Source of the DNA: Patescibacteria group bacterium
GTDB taxonomy: Bacteria > Patescibacteriota > Microgenomatia > JAMCZE01
Reading direction: 5' to 3'
Assembly (NCBI GenBank): GCA_023380635.1
Contig: JAMCRP010000002.1
Span: 108,093 to 172,092, forward strand
Length of the DNA: 64,000 nt
Shown: positions 47,661 through 56,523 of the stretch, one piece after another
Layout of the letters: each line of letters opens with the position of its first letter
Numbering within the stretch: position 1 is the first letter of the stretch
Notes under the pieces: generated by a model
What the model was told of the DNA's origin: nothing
The model's input: only the letters and a program-made list of their open reading frames with translations
Database searches by the model: none
Position numbers and translations under genes: made by a program

Positions 47661-49182
47661 AATTTTCCAGCTTGCTAATTTTTTGGGACGGCTTTGGAGT
47701 CCAGAGTTTGTCCCAGGTATAAGCGGCGCGGATAAAAGGAATAAAAGTGACAACATTAAAAGCGGCCCAGGCGATGTTGGTGGCGACTGACGGGTCAAAT
47801 CCCTCCCGGTGGATCGCTACCGCCACTGCGATCGCGGCCAAAAATATATAAACTAAATGCGGGTAGGCCAGGAAAAGAAAATTGCCGGTTTGGGCGGTTT
47901 TGGGGGTGACAGAAAAAGCGGTTTTTTGCCGCAAAAGCACCGCTTTTAAAGCTAGAAGGTACCCAGTCCAATTGGAGAGACCAAAAGAATTGGCCCGGAA
48001 AGTAAAACTGCCGCCGGAAACCACAAGCAGCGTGTAAAGCTGCAGAGCCATGTAGGGGATGAAAAAAATGGCGAAAGTCGTAGTCATAGCATGGACCGGT
48101 TCCAGGCCGGTAAACAAAAAAATCAAAGGCATGACTATATCCACAAAAATTACCGGCCCGCCAAGGTAAAAAGCGGCCGAAGACAGATATTGCAGTTTTT
48201 GCTGCCAGGTTAAACCTCTTTTAAGTATCGGGTTTTGGCCAAAAGCTACCTCCAGCGACCCTCTGGCCCAACGCAGCTGTTGTTTGAAATATGAGGACAA
48301 ATCTTCCGGAGCCAAACCGGTGGCCAAAACTTCAGGAAGGTAGTATGACAGATAACCTTGCTGATGGATTCTGATAGAAGTTAAAAAATCCTCAGCAATA
48401 TTGTCTTCAGCCATACCGCCGACATTCGTTAAAGCTGACCGGGCAATGGCGACATTAGTGCCGCAGATGAAAGCAGCATTGTCCCGGTCTTTACCACGCA
48501 TGATTGGTCCGAAAAATAACTCCTGCTGTTCCCAGGCGCTGGTGGTGACATAATTTTTTTCCCAATTGCGGTAATACTGGGGTGTCTGAACGAAACCAAC
48601 CCGGCGATCAATAAAAAACGGAATGGTTTTTTGAAGAAATGCAGGGCTCGGAGCCATGTCGGCATCGAAAATAACCACAATCGGGGCGGCAGTCTGGCGC
48701 AAGGCGTTATTAATGTTGCCCGCTTTCGCTCCTGGGTTGGTCGGCCGCATAATGTGATTTACTCCAAGTTCGGTTGCCAAAAGTTCTACCTCTTTCCAAT
48801 TGTCTTTTTTAAGGGCGAAACCGTCATTGAGAATATAAGTTTTAAAGTTTGGATAATTCATATTTTTGGCAGCCAAAATAGTTTGCCGGACAATTTCCGT
48901 CGGTTCGCCGGCGACGGTAATAAAAACATCAACCGGCGGAGAGAATTCTTTGGTTTGGGCGAAAGGAGCGGTTTCACGCCGGTTATTTTTTGCCGGCCAA
49001 AGAGTGTACCAAAAAGTCCAAGCCATAAAGACATGGTAAATTTCTCCGATTAGAAGTAACGAAAACAAAATCGGATTGCCGATTACTCCTGGGGTGAACC
49101 ACCAAGAGAGGTAGAGAAGAGCCATAAAAAAATTGATTATCAGCAGCTCTTTAGCTACCGGGCGGTAAGGAATCTCGTTCAT
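47653..49182 (-). CDS. Processive family-2 glycosyltransferase, cellulose synthase (BcsA)-like without PilZ domain
   Basis: D, D, D motifs, QTPQYY, and QQLRWARG (the QxxRW processivity motif), with TM helices on both sides of the catalytic domain. At 509 aa it ends before any PilZ domain. Confidence 0.8.
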   Translation of the reverse strand: MNEIPYRPVAKELLIINFFMALLYLSWWFTPGVIGNPILFSLLLIGEIYHVFMAWTFWYTLWPAKNNRRETAPFAQTKEFSPPVDVFITVAGEPTEIVRQTILAAKNMNYPNFKTYILNDGFALKKDNWKEVELLATELGVNHIMRPTNPGAKAGNINNALRQTAAPIVVIFDADMAPSPAFLQKTIPFFIDRRVGFVQTPQYYRNWEKNYVTTSAWEQQELFFGPIMRGKDRDNAAFICGTNVAIARSALTNVGGMAEDNIAEDFLTSIRIHQQGYLSYYLPEVLATGLAPEDLSSYFKQQLRWARGSLEVAFGQNPILKRGLTWQQKLQYLSSAAFYLGGPVIFVDIVMPLIFLFTGLEPVHAMTTTFAIFFIPYMALQLYTLLVVSGGSFTFRANSFGLSNWTGYLLALKAVLLRQKTAFSVTPKTAQTGNFLFLAYPHLVYIFLAAIAVAVAIHREGFDPSVATNIAWAAFNVVTFIPFIRAAYTWDKLWTPKPSQKISKLENYA

Positions 49183-50343
49183 TTAAAAAGGAATTAAATA
49201 TTGGTTATAGAGTCCCGCACCAAACCAGAGCCAGTTTTGGTCATAGTAAGGCAATGTGGACACGAATGAATTGGTGTCGTTAGAATAAAGTTTCAGGATT
49301 TTGTCCTCATACATTTTTTTGGCAAGACCCGGATTAGTAAGAAGAAAATATCCTTCAGCGGTAGCATACATTGCGGGACTTTCGTCAGCGTTAATAACGG
49401 TGCCGTCATGGGCGTAGGTTGCCGCCAGTTTTCCGGTTGTCTGATAGTCAGTCGAAAGTTTTTGAAAATGGCTGGTTAAAAAACTTTGGGCCCGGGGCTC
49501 TTTATTCCATTGCCAGTCTAAATTAATTCGCCAGGGAATCCGCATGGCGTCGAAAGAATAATTATTATCTAATTGGGAAATACCAGGACTGACCAGGTCA
49601 TTATTAAACCGGTTCACGGCGATCCAGTCGGGGGGAAGTCCGGAATTGGGGTCAGCGCTTTTTTCCAAAAGCTGATAGGCGGGAGTAATCAAACTGTTCC
49701 AGTCGTGTTTAGTGTCTACTTGGGCAAAAATCCGCCAGGCATAAGGAGCAAAATATGAGGGATTAATAATCAGCCGGTCAGGGTTTTGAGCCCAGTTGCC
49801 GGCGACAACATATCTGGTTCCGGCCGAAGTAGTGGCAGTGTCAATCTTCCAAAGATCGGGCAAAATGGCATTGGCAGCATTGAGATAGGGTTGCTCCCGC
49901 CAGCGGCGATTTGCCAAGATTAGTGCCAAAGCTATGTCCGTATCCGCGTCTGAAGCGCTGTTGTCTCCGCCGCCGTCTAAAAAGCCAAAACCGCCGCTGG
50001 TTCGCTGACCCCAGCGCCAGCCGAAAAGATTATCCCCCGGACGTTTCAAATTTTGGCTGGTCCATTTCCAGCACAAATCGAATTCGGCCTTATTGTCAAC
50101 CCAGACAGAGCGCAGGAGACAATAACTTTGGCCTTCAGAAGTAGTTAGAGAACTTTGGGAATAGTCGATAACCCGGCCGTCACTGTTTATAAACTGGGTT
50201 TTGTATTTTTCCCAGGACGAGGTCATGATGACATTGCCGGAAAAGGTCCGCGGGATTTGAGAAGTTCGGGAATTGAAATACAGAACCCCCAGGAAGAGGC
50301 CTATTCCCAGAAGGATTGCCAGATAACCAAGAGATTTTTTCAT
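49183..50343 (-). CDS. Glycoside hydrolase family 8 endoglucanase (BcsZ-like)
   Basis: TTSEGQSYCLLRSV (the GH8 catalytic-Glu motif) and an N-terminal signal or anchor. Confidence 0.75.
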   Translation of the reverse strand: MKKSLGYLAILLGIGLFLGVLYFNSRTSQIPRTFSGNVIMTSSWEKYKTQFINSDGRVIDYSQSSLTTSEGQSYCLLRSVWVDNKAEFDLCWKWTSQNLKRPGDNLFGWRWGQRTSGGFGFLDGGGDNSASDADTDIALALILANRRWREQPYLNAANAILPDLWKIDTATTSAGTRYVVAGNWAQNPDRLIINPSYFAPYAWRIFAQVDTKHDWNSLITPAYQLLEKSADPNSGLPPDWIAVNRFNNDLVSPGISQLDNNYSFDAMRIPWRINLDWQWNKEPRAQSFLTSHFQKLSTDYQTTGKLAATYAHDGTVINADESPAMYATAEGYFLLTNPGLAKKMYEDKILKLYSNDTNSFVSTLPYYDQNWLWFGAGLYNQYLIPF

Positions 50344-50347
50344 AGGT

Positions 50348-50851
50348 CTACGGACGAATTAACAATAATCCGGCAGAAACCAGGCCGGTGGCTAACCCTA
50401 AAAGCAAAAGAGTGTAGGGCAAGGGCAAAGTGGCGCTCTGATAATACTGGCCGGGAAGTAAGCGGGAGAAAAGCAATAGTGGCGGACGGATTATTGAAAG
50501 CGCGCCGGAAGCCAGGCTTTTGACCACCGGATTGGGAATATTATTAATCTGGCTGGCCACAGCGGAAGTAATATCCGGCAGCGCGGCCGGGGAGCTGACC
50601 GGAGTTATCATCTGAGCCGTCGGTGTAGAGACGGCCGAGGGAGTGCTGATAATGGCTGCCGGAGGAGTTGCCGATGGGATGCTGGGCGCGGGGGTGGCGG
50701 TTAAAACCGGAGGGAAAATCAGTTGGGGGATAGCGGAACCGGTTGCCGGAGAAGCAGAGGGAGTGGCGGGGACGACAATTTTAACTTGGGTTTGGACAAT
50801 TTTATACGGCGGGAGGGAATACGGCATGTTTTGATTGTGCGAAGTCCACAT
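50348..50851 (-). CDS. Pro/Ala/Thr/Ser-rich protein with C-terminal TM anchor, hypothetical
   Basis: Low-complexity PATPSASPATGSAIP segment and a C-terminal hydrophobic helix. Start trimmed to avoid overlap with the divergent GH5 gene. Confidence 0.3.
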   Translation of the reverse strand: MWTSHNQNMPYSLPPYKIVQTQVKIVVPATPSASPATGSAIPQLIFPPVLTATPAPSIPSATPPAAIISTPSAVSTPTAQMITPVSSPAALPDITSAVASQINNIPNPVVKSLASGALSIIRPPLLLFSRLLPGQYYQSATLPLPYTLLLLGLATGLVSAGLLLIRP

Positions 50852-50999
50852 AAAAAGAAAATGAGAGGTGGGTAAGAAAGTGGGAAACAGACCGCCAGAT
50901 CGGGCCAAATGAAATAAATTCCGCTTGGCTTGACACCGGAAAGAACCTCTGATAGGATGCCCCCTTGTTGTCTGTTCCGATTCGATTGGAATTTGCCTG

Positions 51000-52985
51000 A
51001 TGAGAAAATTTCTCACCAGCGTCCTGCTTGCGGCTGCCCTTATTTTTGCAGGCGGACCATATATAGTTTTGGCAACCGGCGTTACCTGGTCAAACTGGTC
51101 CTGGGGAAGCCAAGTCAGTGATATTAACGCCAATCCGATTTCCTGGACACCAGGCGGTTGGGGCGGGCTGTATCTTCATACCGATACCGCCATCGATCCG
51201 AAAGCCGCCGCTTCTTTTAACTTCACGATTAATAATGTTCCCAATGGTGAGAAAATCCGGGCTTTCTTCTATGACCAAAATAATAATCAACTGCCGCAAC
51301 TGGCTGAAATTTCTTCTTCCGGTGATTATAACTACCCGATAAATAATCCCATCAAGGGTTTTGCTCTTCAGGAGGGCACCGGAAATAACCAACCAACAAT
51401 AACAGTCAGTAACATTAATTTGCCGGCGCCGGCCTCGACGCAAGATACCTCGAATACGACTAATACCTCAAATACGGCAAGCAACGCCACTTATTCAGAT
51501 TTTTCCTCCTGGCAAAACTGGTCCTGGAACGGTCAGGCCAATATCGGCTCCACCATTACTTTCCAGTCCGGAGGCCAGTGGGCGGGATTGTACTTACACT
51601 CTGACACGGGGATTAATACTGGCGGTTTCAACTATTTAAGTTTTAACGCTAAAGCTTCCCAACCGGGAGAAAAATATCGGGTTATTCTTTATGATGACAA
51701 TAATCAAACAACAAACCTTGGCAACGCGATTGATAATCTCGACGGTTCGACAGTCAATATTGCCCTTTCCGATTTAAACGGGACCAACCGGGTGATCAAA
51801 GGCATTGTTTTTCAGGACATTGGAACGGTTCAGGGGATGCTGACGATCACCAATCTTACCATGATGGCCAATATTAATAATGCTATCCTTCCCGCGCCGG
51901 CGCCGCTGCCAATCTTTGCGCCGGCCGCGGCCAGGGGTAGCTATACAGTCAACAACGGCGGTATTTATCAGGGAAGCACCAAAATTAATTTGCATGGAAT
52001 CAACTGGTTTGGTTTTGAAACCAGCACGAATGTGGTTCATGGTTTGTGGGCACGGGGCTATAAAGACATGATTTCCCAAATTAAATCTCTGGGCTTTAAC
52101 GCTGTCCGGCTGCCGTATTGTCCCGCGAGTGTTCAAGGCGTAGCGACTACTTCTATCGATTATTCCAAAAACCCGGATCTGGCCGGCCTGAACAGCTTGC
52201 AGGTGATGGATAAGATCGTGAACGAAATGAGCAATCAGGGGATCTATGTTCTTTTGGATTCCCACCGGCCGGATTGTAATACTCAGTCAGAACTTTGGTA
52301 CACCGGGTCCTACTCCGAACCCCAATGGATTAATGATCTGGTAACCCTGGCGAAAAGATACGCCGGTGTATCGAACTTCATCGGCCTGGATCTGAAAAAT
52401 GAGCCGCATGGATCGGCTACTTGGGGTACAGGAAACAGCAGCACTGATTGGAATCTCGCGGCGGAAAAAGCAGGGAACGCAGTTCTGGCGGCAAACCCTA
52501 ATATATTAGTATTCGTCGAGGGCATTGGCGATAACCCGACCTGCCAAGATTCTAACGGCCATTTCTGGGGCGGTAATTTGGCGCCGGTCAAATGCAAAAC
52601 TTTAAACCTGCCTTCCAATAAATATGTTTATTCGCCCCATGTCTATGGCCCCGATGTTTCCTGGCAATCCTATTTTGGGGCGGGGGATTTTCCCAATAAC
52701 ATGCCCGCAATCTGGGACTCGCAGTGGGGCTACCTCGAGAGTACGAATGCTTTAGCACCGGGAGAATGGGGCGGAAAATATGGGACCAATGGCGGAAGTC
52801 CTGCGGATGTTACCTGGGAAAACGCTTTCGCCAAATACTTAACTTCCAAAGGTGTCTGTAGTTCGTTCTACTGGGATTTAAACCCGAATTCCGGCGACAC
52901 GGGCGGAGTGTTGCAGGATGACTGGACTACACCCGTAAGCAGTAAAGTTTCACTTCTGCAAAACTACTTCAATTCCTGCCGCTAA
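51000..52985 (+). CDS. Secreted glycoside hydrolase family 5 (cellulase) with N-terminal tandem beta-sandwich (CBM-like) domains
   Basis: Signal peptide; LDLKNEPHG (the NEP acid/base motif) and GEWGGKYG (the nucleophile Glu), separated as in GH5. Two repeated ~130-aa N-terminal modules (SNWSWG...GGWGGLYLHTD and QNWSWNG...GGQWAGLYLHSD). Confidence 0.75.
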   Translation: MRKFLTSVLLAAALIFAGGPYIVLATGVTWSNWSWGSQVSDINANPISWTPGGWGGLYLHTDTAIDPKAAASFNFTINNVPNGEKIRAFFYDQNNNQLPQLAEISSSGDYNYPINNPIKGFALQEGTGNNQPTITVSNINLPAPASTQDTSNTTNTSNTASNATYSDFSSWQNWSWNGQANIGSTITFQSGGQWAGLYLHSDTGINTGGFNYLSFNAKASQPGEKYRVILYDDNNQTTNLGNAIDNLDGSTVNIALSDLNGTNRVIKGIVFQDIGTVQGMLTITNLTMMANINNAILPAPAPLPIFAPAAARGSYTVNNGGIYQGSTKINLHGINWFGFETSTNVVHGLWARGYKDMISQIKSLGFNAVRLPYCPASVQGVATTSIDYSKNPDLAGLNSLQVMDKIVNEMSNQGIYVLLDSHRPDCNTQSELWYTGSYSEPQWINDLVTLAKRYAGVSNFIGLDLKNEPHGSATWGTGNSSTDWNLAAEKAGNAVLAANPNILVFVEGIGDNPTCQDSNGHFWGGNLAPVKCKTLNLPSNKYVYSPHVYGPDVSWQSYFGAGDFPNNMPAIWDSQWGYLESTNALAPGEWGGKYGTNGGSPADVTWENAFAKYLTSKGVCSSFYWDLNPNSGDTGGVLQDDWTTPVSSKVSLLQNYFNSCR

Positions 52986-53003
52986 TCGGTTATATTAATT
53001 TCT

Positions 53004-53483
53004 ATGAAAGATAAGCTTTATTGGGGACTGGTAGTATTTTTGGTAGCTGCCATTGCGGGGGTTTTGGTGTTAGGATTAAAAGATAATAAAGCTCATATTG
53101 AAGAAAAACCGCTAACCGTGACTAATTCTGCGAACACGACCAATACTAATAACCAGCAGTTGAAAATTGAGGACTTAACTGTCGGGACGGGCAGTGCCGC
53201 GGAGAACGGAGATACCGTGACAGTAAATTATACCGGGACACTGACTGACGGAAAAAAGTTTGACAGCTCCTATGACCGCCACGAGCCGTTTAAGTTTAAA
53301 CTGGGCGCGGGTGAAGTGATCCGAGGTTGGGACCAGGGGATTTTGGGAATGAAAGTCGGCGGCAAAAGGAGATTAACTATACCGCCGGAATTGGGCTATG
53401 GCTCAAGAGGTGCGGGTGCGGCCATTCCGCCAAATTCTACCCTGATTTTTGAAGTCGAGTTGCTGGATACCTCAAAAAAATAG
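53004..53483 (+). CDS. FKBP-type peptidyl-prolyl cis-trans isomerase (membrane anchored)
   Basis: [65 protein letters not shown]. Confidence 0.85.
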   Translation: MKDKLYWGLVVFLVAAIAGVLVLGLKDNKAHIEEKPLTVTNSANTTNTNNQQLKIEDLTVGTGSAAENGDTVTVNYTGTLTDGKKFDSSYDRHEPFKFKLGAGEVIRGWDQGILGMKVGGKRRLTIPPELGYGSRGAGAAIPPNSTLIFEVELLDTSKK

Positions 53484-54071
53484 TTAAAAGCCTAAAAGTT
53501 CTTCGACAAGGATAATTTTAATCCGGCCGGGCTTGATCTCATGATTAATAATTAAGATTTTGGCGACTTCACTGCCGACGCCGTAAGCTTTGTGGGCTCG
53601 GGCATCTTCTAGGGGAAGCGAATGCTCGTAAATTCGCTTAAAAGCCATGTCTAAATCAGCAACGATTTTTTGGGTTCCGACAACCCAGAGCACGTGATTG
53701 GCTCCATAGGCATAGGCGGGCAATTGGCTGCCGGTTTTGGAAGCAATCAAAACCTGGCCGTTTTCCGTAATGGCGTGAACCGAGCCGACGGCCCAGTCGG
53801 GGACAGAACCAAGATAGCCTTTTTCTTTAATAATTTTACGGACTGAATCATACCTGTCTGACTCGTTTAGTTCCTGTGACAGACCAATTGTTTCCAAAGT
53901 CATCGAAGTCATGGTCATAACCTGGGCGTTTTCGGGGATAATTTCCAAAGCCATTTTTTTGGCCTCGGTGCTGTCTCGGGCGATGATAGCTTCCATGCCA
54001 TTGTTTTGCAGGGCCGTTACCGCTTTGTTTATCAGCTTTTTCTCAGGAAGTTGGGTAAAACTTAATTCCAT
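53484..54071 (-). CDS. LUD-domain (LutC-like) protein
   Basis: By length and composition it resembles the DUF162/LUD fold; no explicit catalytic motif. Confidence 0.5.
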   Translation of the reverse strand: MELSFTQLPEKKLINKAVTALQNNGMEAIIARDSTEAKKMALEIIPENAQVMTMTSMTLETIGLSQELNESDRYDSVRKIIKEKGYLGSVPDWAVGSVHAITENGQVLIASKTGSQLPAYAYGANHVLWVVGTQKIVADLDMAFKRIYEHSLPLEDARAHKAYGVGSEVAKILIINHEIKPGRIKIILVEELLGF

Positions 54072-54188
54072 TAGTCAAAATTATAAACCAGAAATTTTAA
54101 AAACAGGATAAATTTTATGTTTCTTATAGATTTACTACGGATTTATAACTCGCAGTTTAAAGCTGATTTCTATCCTTATTTCTGATTT

Positions 54189-54407
54189 ATGGCAAAAAGA
54201 AAAGGCAAAAGGCCGGTTATCCCTGACAATCCATATATTAATGACTCTGATGAAGCCAACATTGATACGAACGAAGTTGCCGGAGTGCGCCGGGGAAAAA
54301 ACGACACGACTGATGCCGGAAAAGAAGAACCTTCATATGAAGATACTCTTGAGACTGAGAATCAGGAAGAGGGTGAAGGATTGAACGATACATCAGGGGG
54401 TGATTAA
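54189..54407 (+). CDS. Small acidic hypothetical protein
   Basis: ORF only; Asp/Glu-rich and predicted disordered. Confidence 0.3.
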   Translation: MAKRKGKRPVIPDNPYINDSDEANIDTNEVAGVRRGKNDTTDAGKEEPSYEDTLETENQEEGEGLNDTSGGD

Positions 54408-54409
54408 TT

Positions 54410-54694
54410 ATGGCTAATGGACAGGGAACATCAAAAACCACAACCGATCATAACGCCATTAAAAAATGGGCGGAGGAACGCGGCGGCAAACCGGCCAAGG
54501 TGAAAGGTACCGGCGGTGGCGGAGATGTCGGCATGATCCGGTTTATGTTCGGCGGCAACGACCAGGCTCTCGAGGAAATTTCCTGGAACGATTTTTTCAA
54601 AGAGTTTGATAACAAAAAACTGGCTCTGCTTTACCAGGATAAAACCCGGGAAGGACAGTTGAGCCGCTTTTTCAAATTTGTGAGGGCGAGATAA
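54410..54694 (+). CDS. Hypothetical protein
   Basis: ORF only; Gly-rich loop KGTGGGGDVG. Confidence 0.35.
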   Translation: MANGQGTSKTTTDHNAIKKWAEERGGKPAKVKGTGGGGDVGMIRFMFGGNDQALEEISWNDFFKEFDNKKLALLYQDKTREGQLSRFFKFVRAR

Positions 54695-54706
54695 AATCGG
54701 ATAAAA

Positions 54707-54916
54707 TCACTTTGATTTTACCTTCAGGTTGATCTTTTTTGGTTTGGCTTCCGGGGCAATTGGAGCGGTGACCGTAATAATGCCGTTATCACATTCCGCG
54801 GTAATCTTGTTGGCATCGACGGCCCGAGGCAAAGTGGTGGATAGGGGCGGAAGGTCAAAAAAGGTTAAGATTTCAGTTGGAAATTCAAGGCAATGATTCT
54901 TGTATAATAAATTCAA
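54707..54916 (-). pseudogene. Hsp20/alpha-crystallin C-terminal remnant (TTG-initiated 69-aa ORF)
   Basis: FFDLPPLSTTLPRAVDANKITAECDNGIITVTAP matches the Hsp20 C-terminal region (R.F.LP..VD...I.A...NGVL.I..PK). An in-frame stop lies 4 codons upstream, and the space where the ~80-aa N-terminal part should be is occupied by the plus-strand ORF 54900-55280. Confidence 0.45.
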
Positions 54917-55280
54917 ATATATGGATCAAATAGTAAAAGAAGTAATTGACCAGCTGAAAGCACAACTACAGTCTCATAGACAATCTGTCAGCCATGCGGT
55001 CACGGCTTCGCGGGAAGCGCCGAGCCGGATGGAAGCCAGGTATGACAGCCGCAAAGAAGATATGGCCAATTTGGCCAATGCTCAGGATGAAATCGTCGCT
55101 CAGTATGAGCAATTAATTATTGAGTTGGAAACAACCGTGAACCAACCGGTGTTTGACGGGAAAGGTGGTTATTACCTATTAGTAAGCAAATACGGCGGAA
55201 AAAGTTTTCAAACTTCGGCGGGAAAAGTGACCCTGGTTAGCATCGAATCACCTTTAGGTCAAAAGCTGGCGCAAAGTTAG
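54900..55280 (+). CDS. Hypothetical protein with GreA-like features (N-terminal coiled coil; C-terminal VSIESPLGQKL)
   Basis: Weak resemblance to the GreA C-terminal SPIGKALLGK motif; shorter than GreA. Confidence 0.3.
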   Translation: MYNKFKYMDQIVKEVIDQLKAQLQSHRQSVSHAVTASREAPSRMEARYDSRKEDMANLANAQDEIVAQYEQLIIELETTVNQPVFDGKGGYYLLVSKYGGKSFQTSAGKVTLVSIESPLGQKLAQS

Positions 55281-55934
55281 GGCGTTTTTGGGGGCGAAGC
55301 CAAAAGCATCATTGTTAAAGTAAGCATACACGCTCATATTTTTGTCCAGATATTTCCTAATATGTCCAGCATAGTCCTCTAGTTCCCCGGAAGTGTACTC
55401 GCTGCTATACAGACTCCGGCTGCCGTGGAAGCGGAGATAAATAAAGTCAGCCGTGCTTTCCCAGACGGTGGGCAGCTGTGGATGACTGATAATGACATAG
55501 GCGCAGCAGTGTTTTGCTAAAAATTCATAAACATCGGGACTGTTCCAGGTTTCATTACGAAATTCGAAAGCCTGCCGCACCCCGGGAAAGAGTTTTAGCC
55601 GGCGCAAATTCTTTTTCTCCCCGGGAGAAAATTGGAAAAGAAGCGGCCCAAGATGGTTTTTCAATAGCCTTGCCCGGGCCACAGTTTCCGGCCAGACAGT
55701 GGGGTAGCGGTTGGCCTTAATAGAATAGATAAAATCTTTGGGCGCCCGCTCGAGCCAGTTTTCCCAGGTGTTTATTTTTGGCAGACCATAGTAAGTATTA
55801 TTGATCTCGACGGTGTCGAAGACTGACGCGTAATACGCAAACTCTTCTTTTTGCGGTAAACCTTGCGGATAAAAAACGCCGCCGCGCCAGTGGGCGTAAT
55901 TCCAACCGGAACAGCCGATCCATACTTTTCCCAT
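55254..55934 (-). CDS. DUF72-family protein
   Basis: IGCSGWNYAHW ... VEINNTYY matches the conserved DUF72 N-terminal signature. Confidence 0.7.
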   Translation of the reverse strand: MGKVWIGCSGWNYAHWRGGVFYPQGLPQKEEFAYYASVFDTVEINNTYYGLPKINTWENWLERAPKDFIYSIKANRYPTVWPETVARARLLKNHLGPLLFQFSPGEKKNLRRLKLFPGVRQAFEFRNETWNSPDVYEFLAKHCCAYVIISHPQLPTVWESTADFIYLRFHGSRSLYSSEYTSGELEDYAGHIRKYLDKNMSVYAYFNNDAFGFAPKNALTLRQLLT

Positions 55935-55986
55935 TCTTACAGGCCCCTTAATCATATTTTAAGCTCAAAAAATAAGATTTGCGTAT

Positions 55987-56523
55987 ATGCAGACCCTGCC
56001 CCTGCGCGATAGTGATGATCTTTTACCTTTGATCCGTCTGGTGGGCCAAAGGAGTGTTGCCGGTTTTGCGGTGAAAACGATTTCGCATGAGTTTACCAAC
56101 TGGAAAACGGAAATTACCAAAAAGCTGATTGTTAATCAGGGGTTTGATTTTCTCGTGGTGCCGGAGTGCGCGAAAACTCTTGATGAATATGTTCGCCGGC
56201 TTGACGGCGGCAAGACAGCCTATGAAACTTTGCGCCGGTGTCCAAAATATGCCACCTGGGAAATGCTGGGTTTTTTGGAGTGGTTGCGGGATCTCAACGA
56301 CGGCCTGCCGGATTACCAAAAAATCAGTTTTGTTAAGCAGATACCAAAGAATCCGGACCCGAGAAACCGCTTTCTTTTTTGGGAAAAACCGCGGGGGGTT
56401 AAAATTCGTCTGGAAACGGGCAAAAATGATGAATTAATTTTGGTTTCAAAAAAAGAAGCGGTTATTAAAGTTTCCACCCTTCGTCCGGTTAACCCGTTGG
56501 ATTTTCAGGGGGAATGGCTGTAG
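55987..56523 (+). CDS. Hypothetical protein
   Basis: ORF only. Confidence 0.4.
   Translation: MQTLPLRDSDDLLPLIRLVGQRSVAGFAVKTISHEFTNWKTEITKKLIVNQGFDFLVVPECAKTLDEYVRRLDGGKTAYETLRRCPKYATWEMLGFLEWLRDLNDGLPDYQKISFVKQIPKNPDPRNRFLFWEKPRGVKIRLETGKNDELILVSKKEAVIKVSTLRPVNPLDFQGEWL

Noticed and set aside
46209-47798. Full 529-aa ORF for the GT-C membrane protein
   Set aside because: Its first 46 codons overlap the 3' end of the GT2 gene by 145 nt in another frame and are non-hydrophobic and Pro/Ser-rich. The start was moved to the internal Met before the first TM helix.
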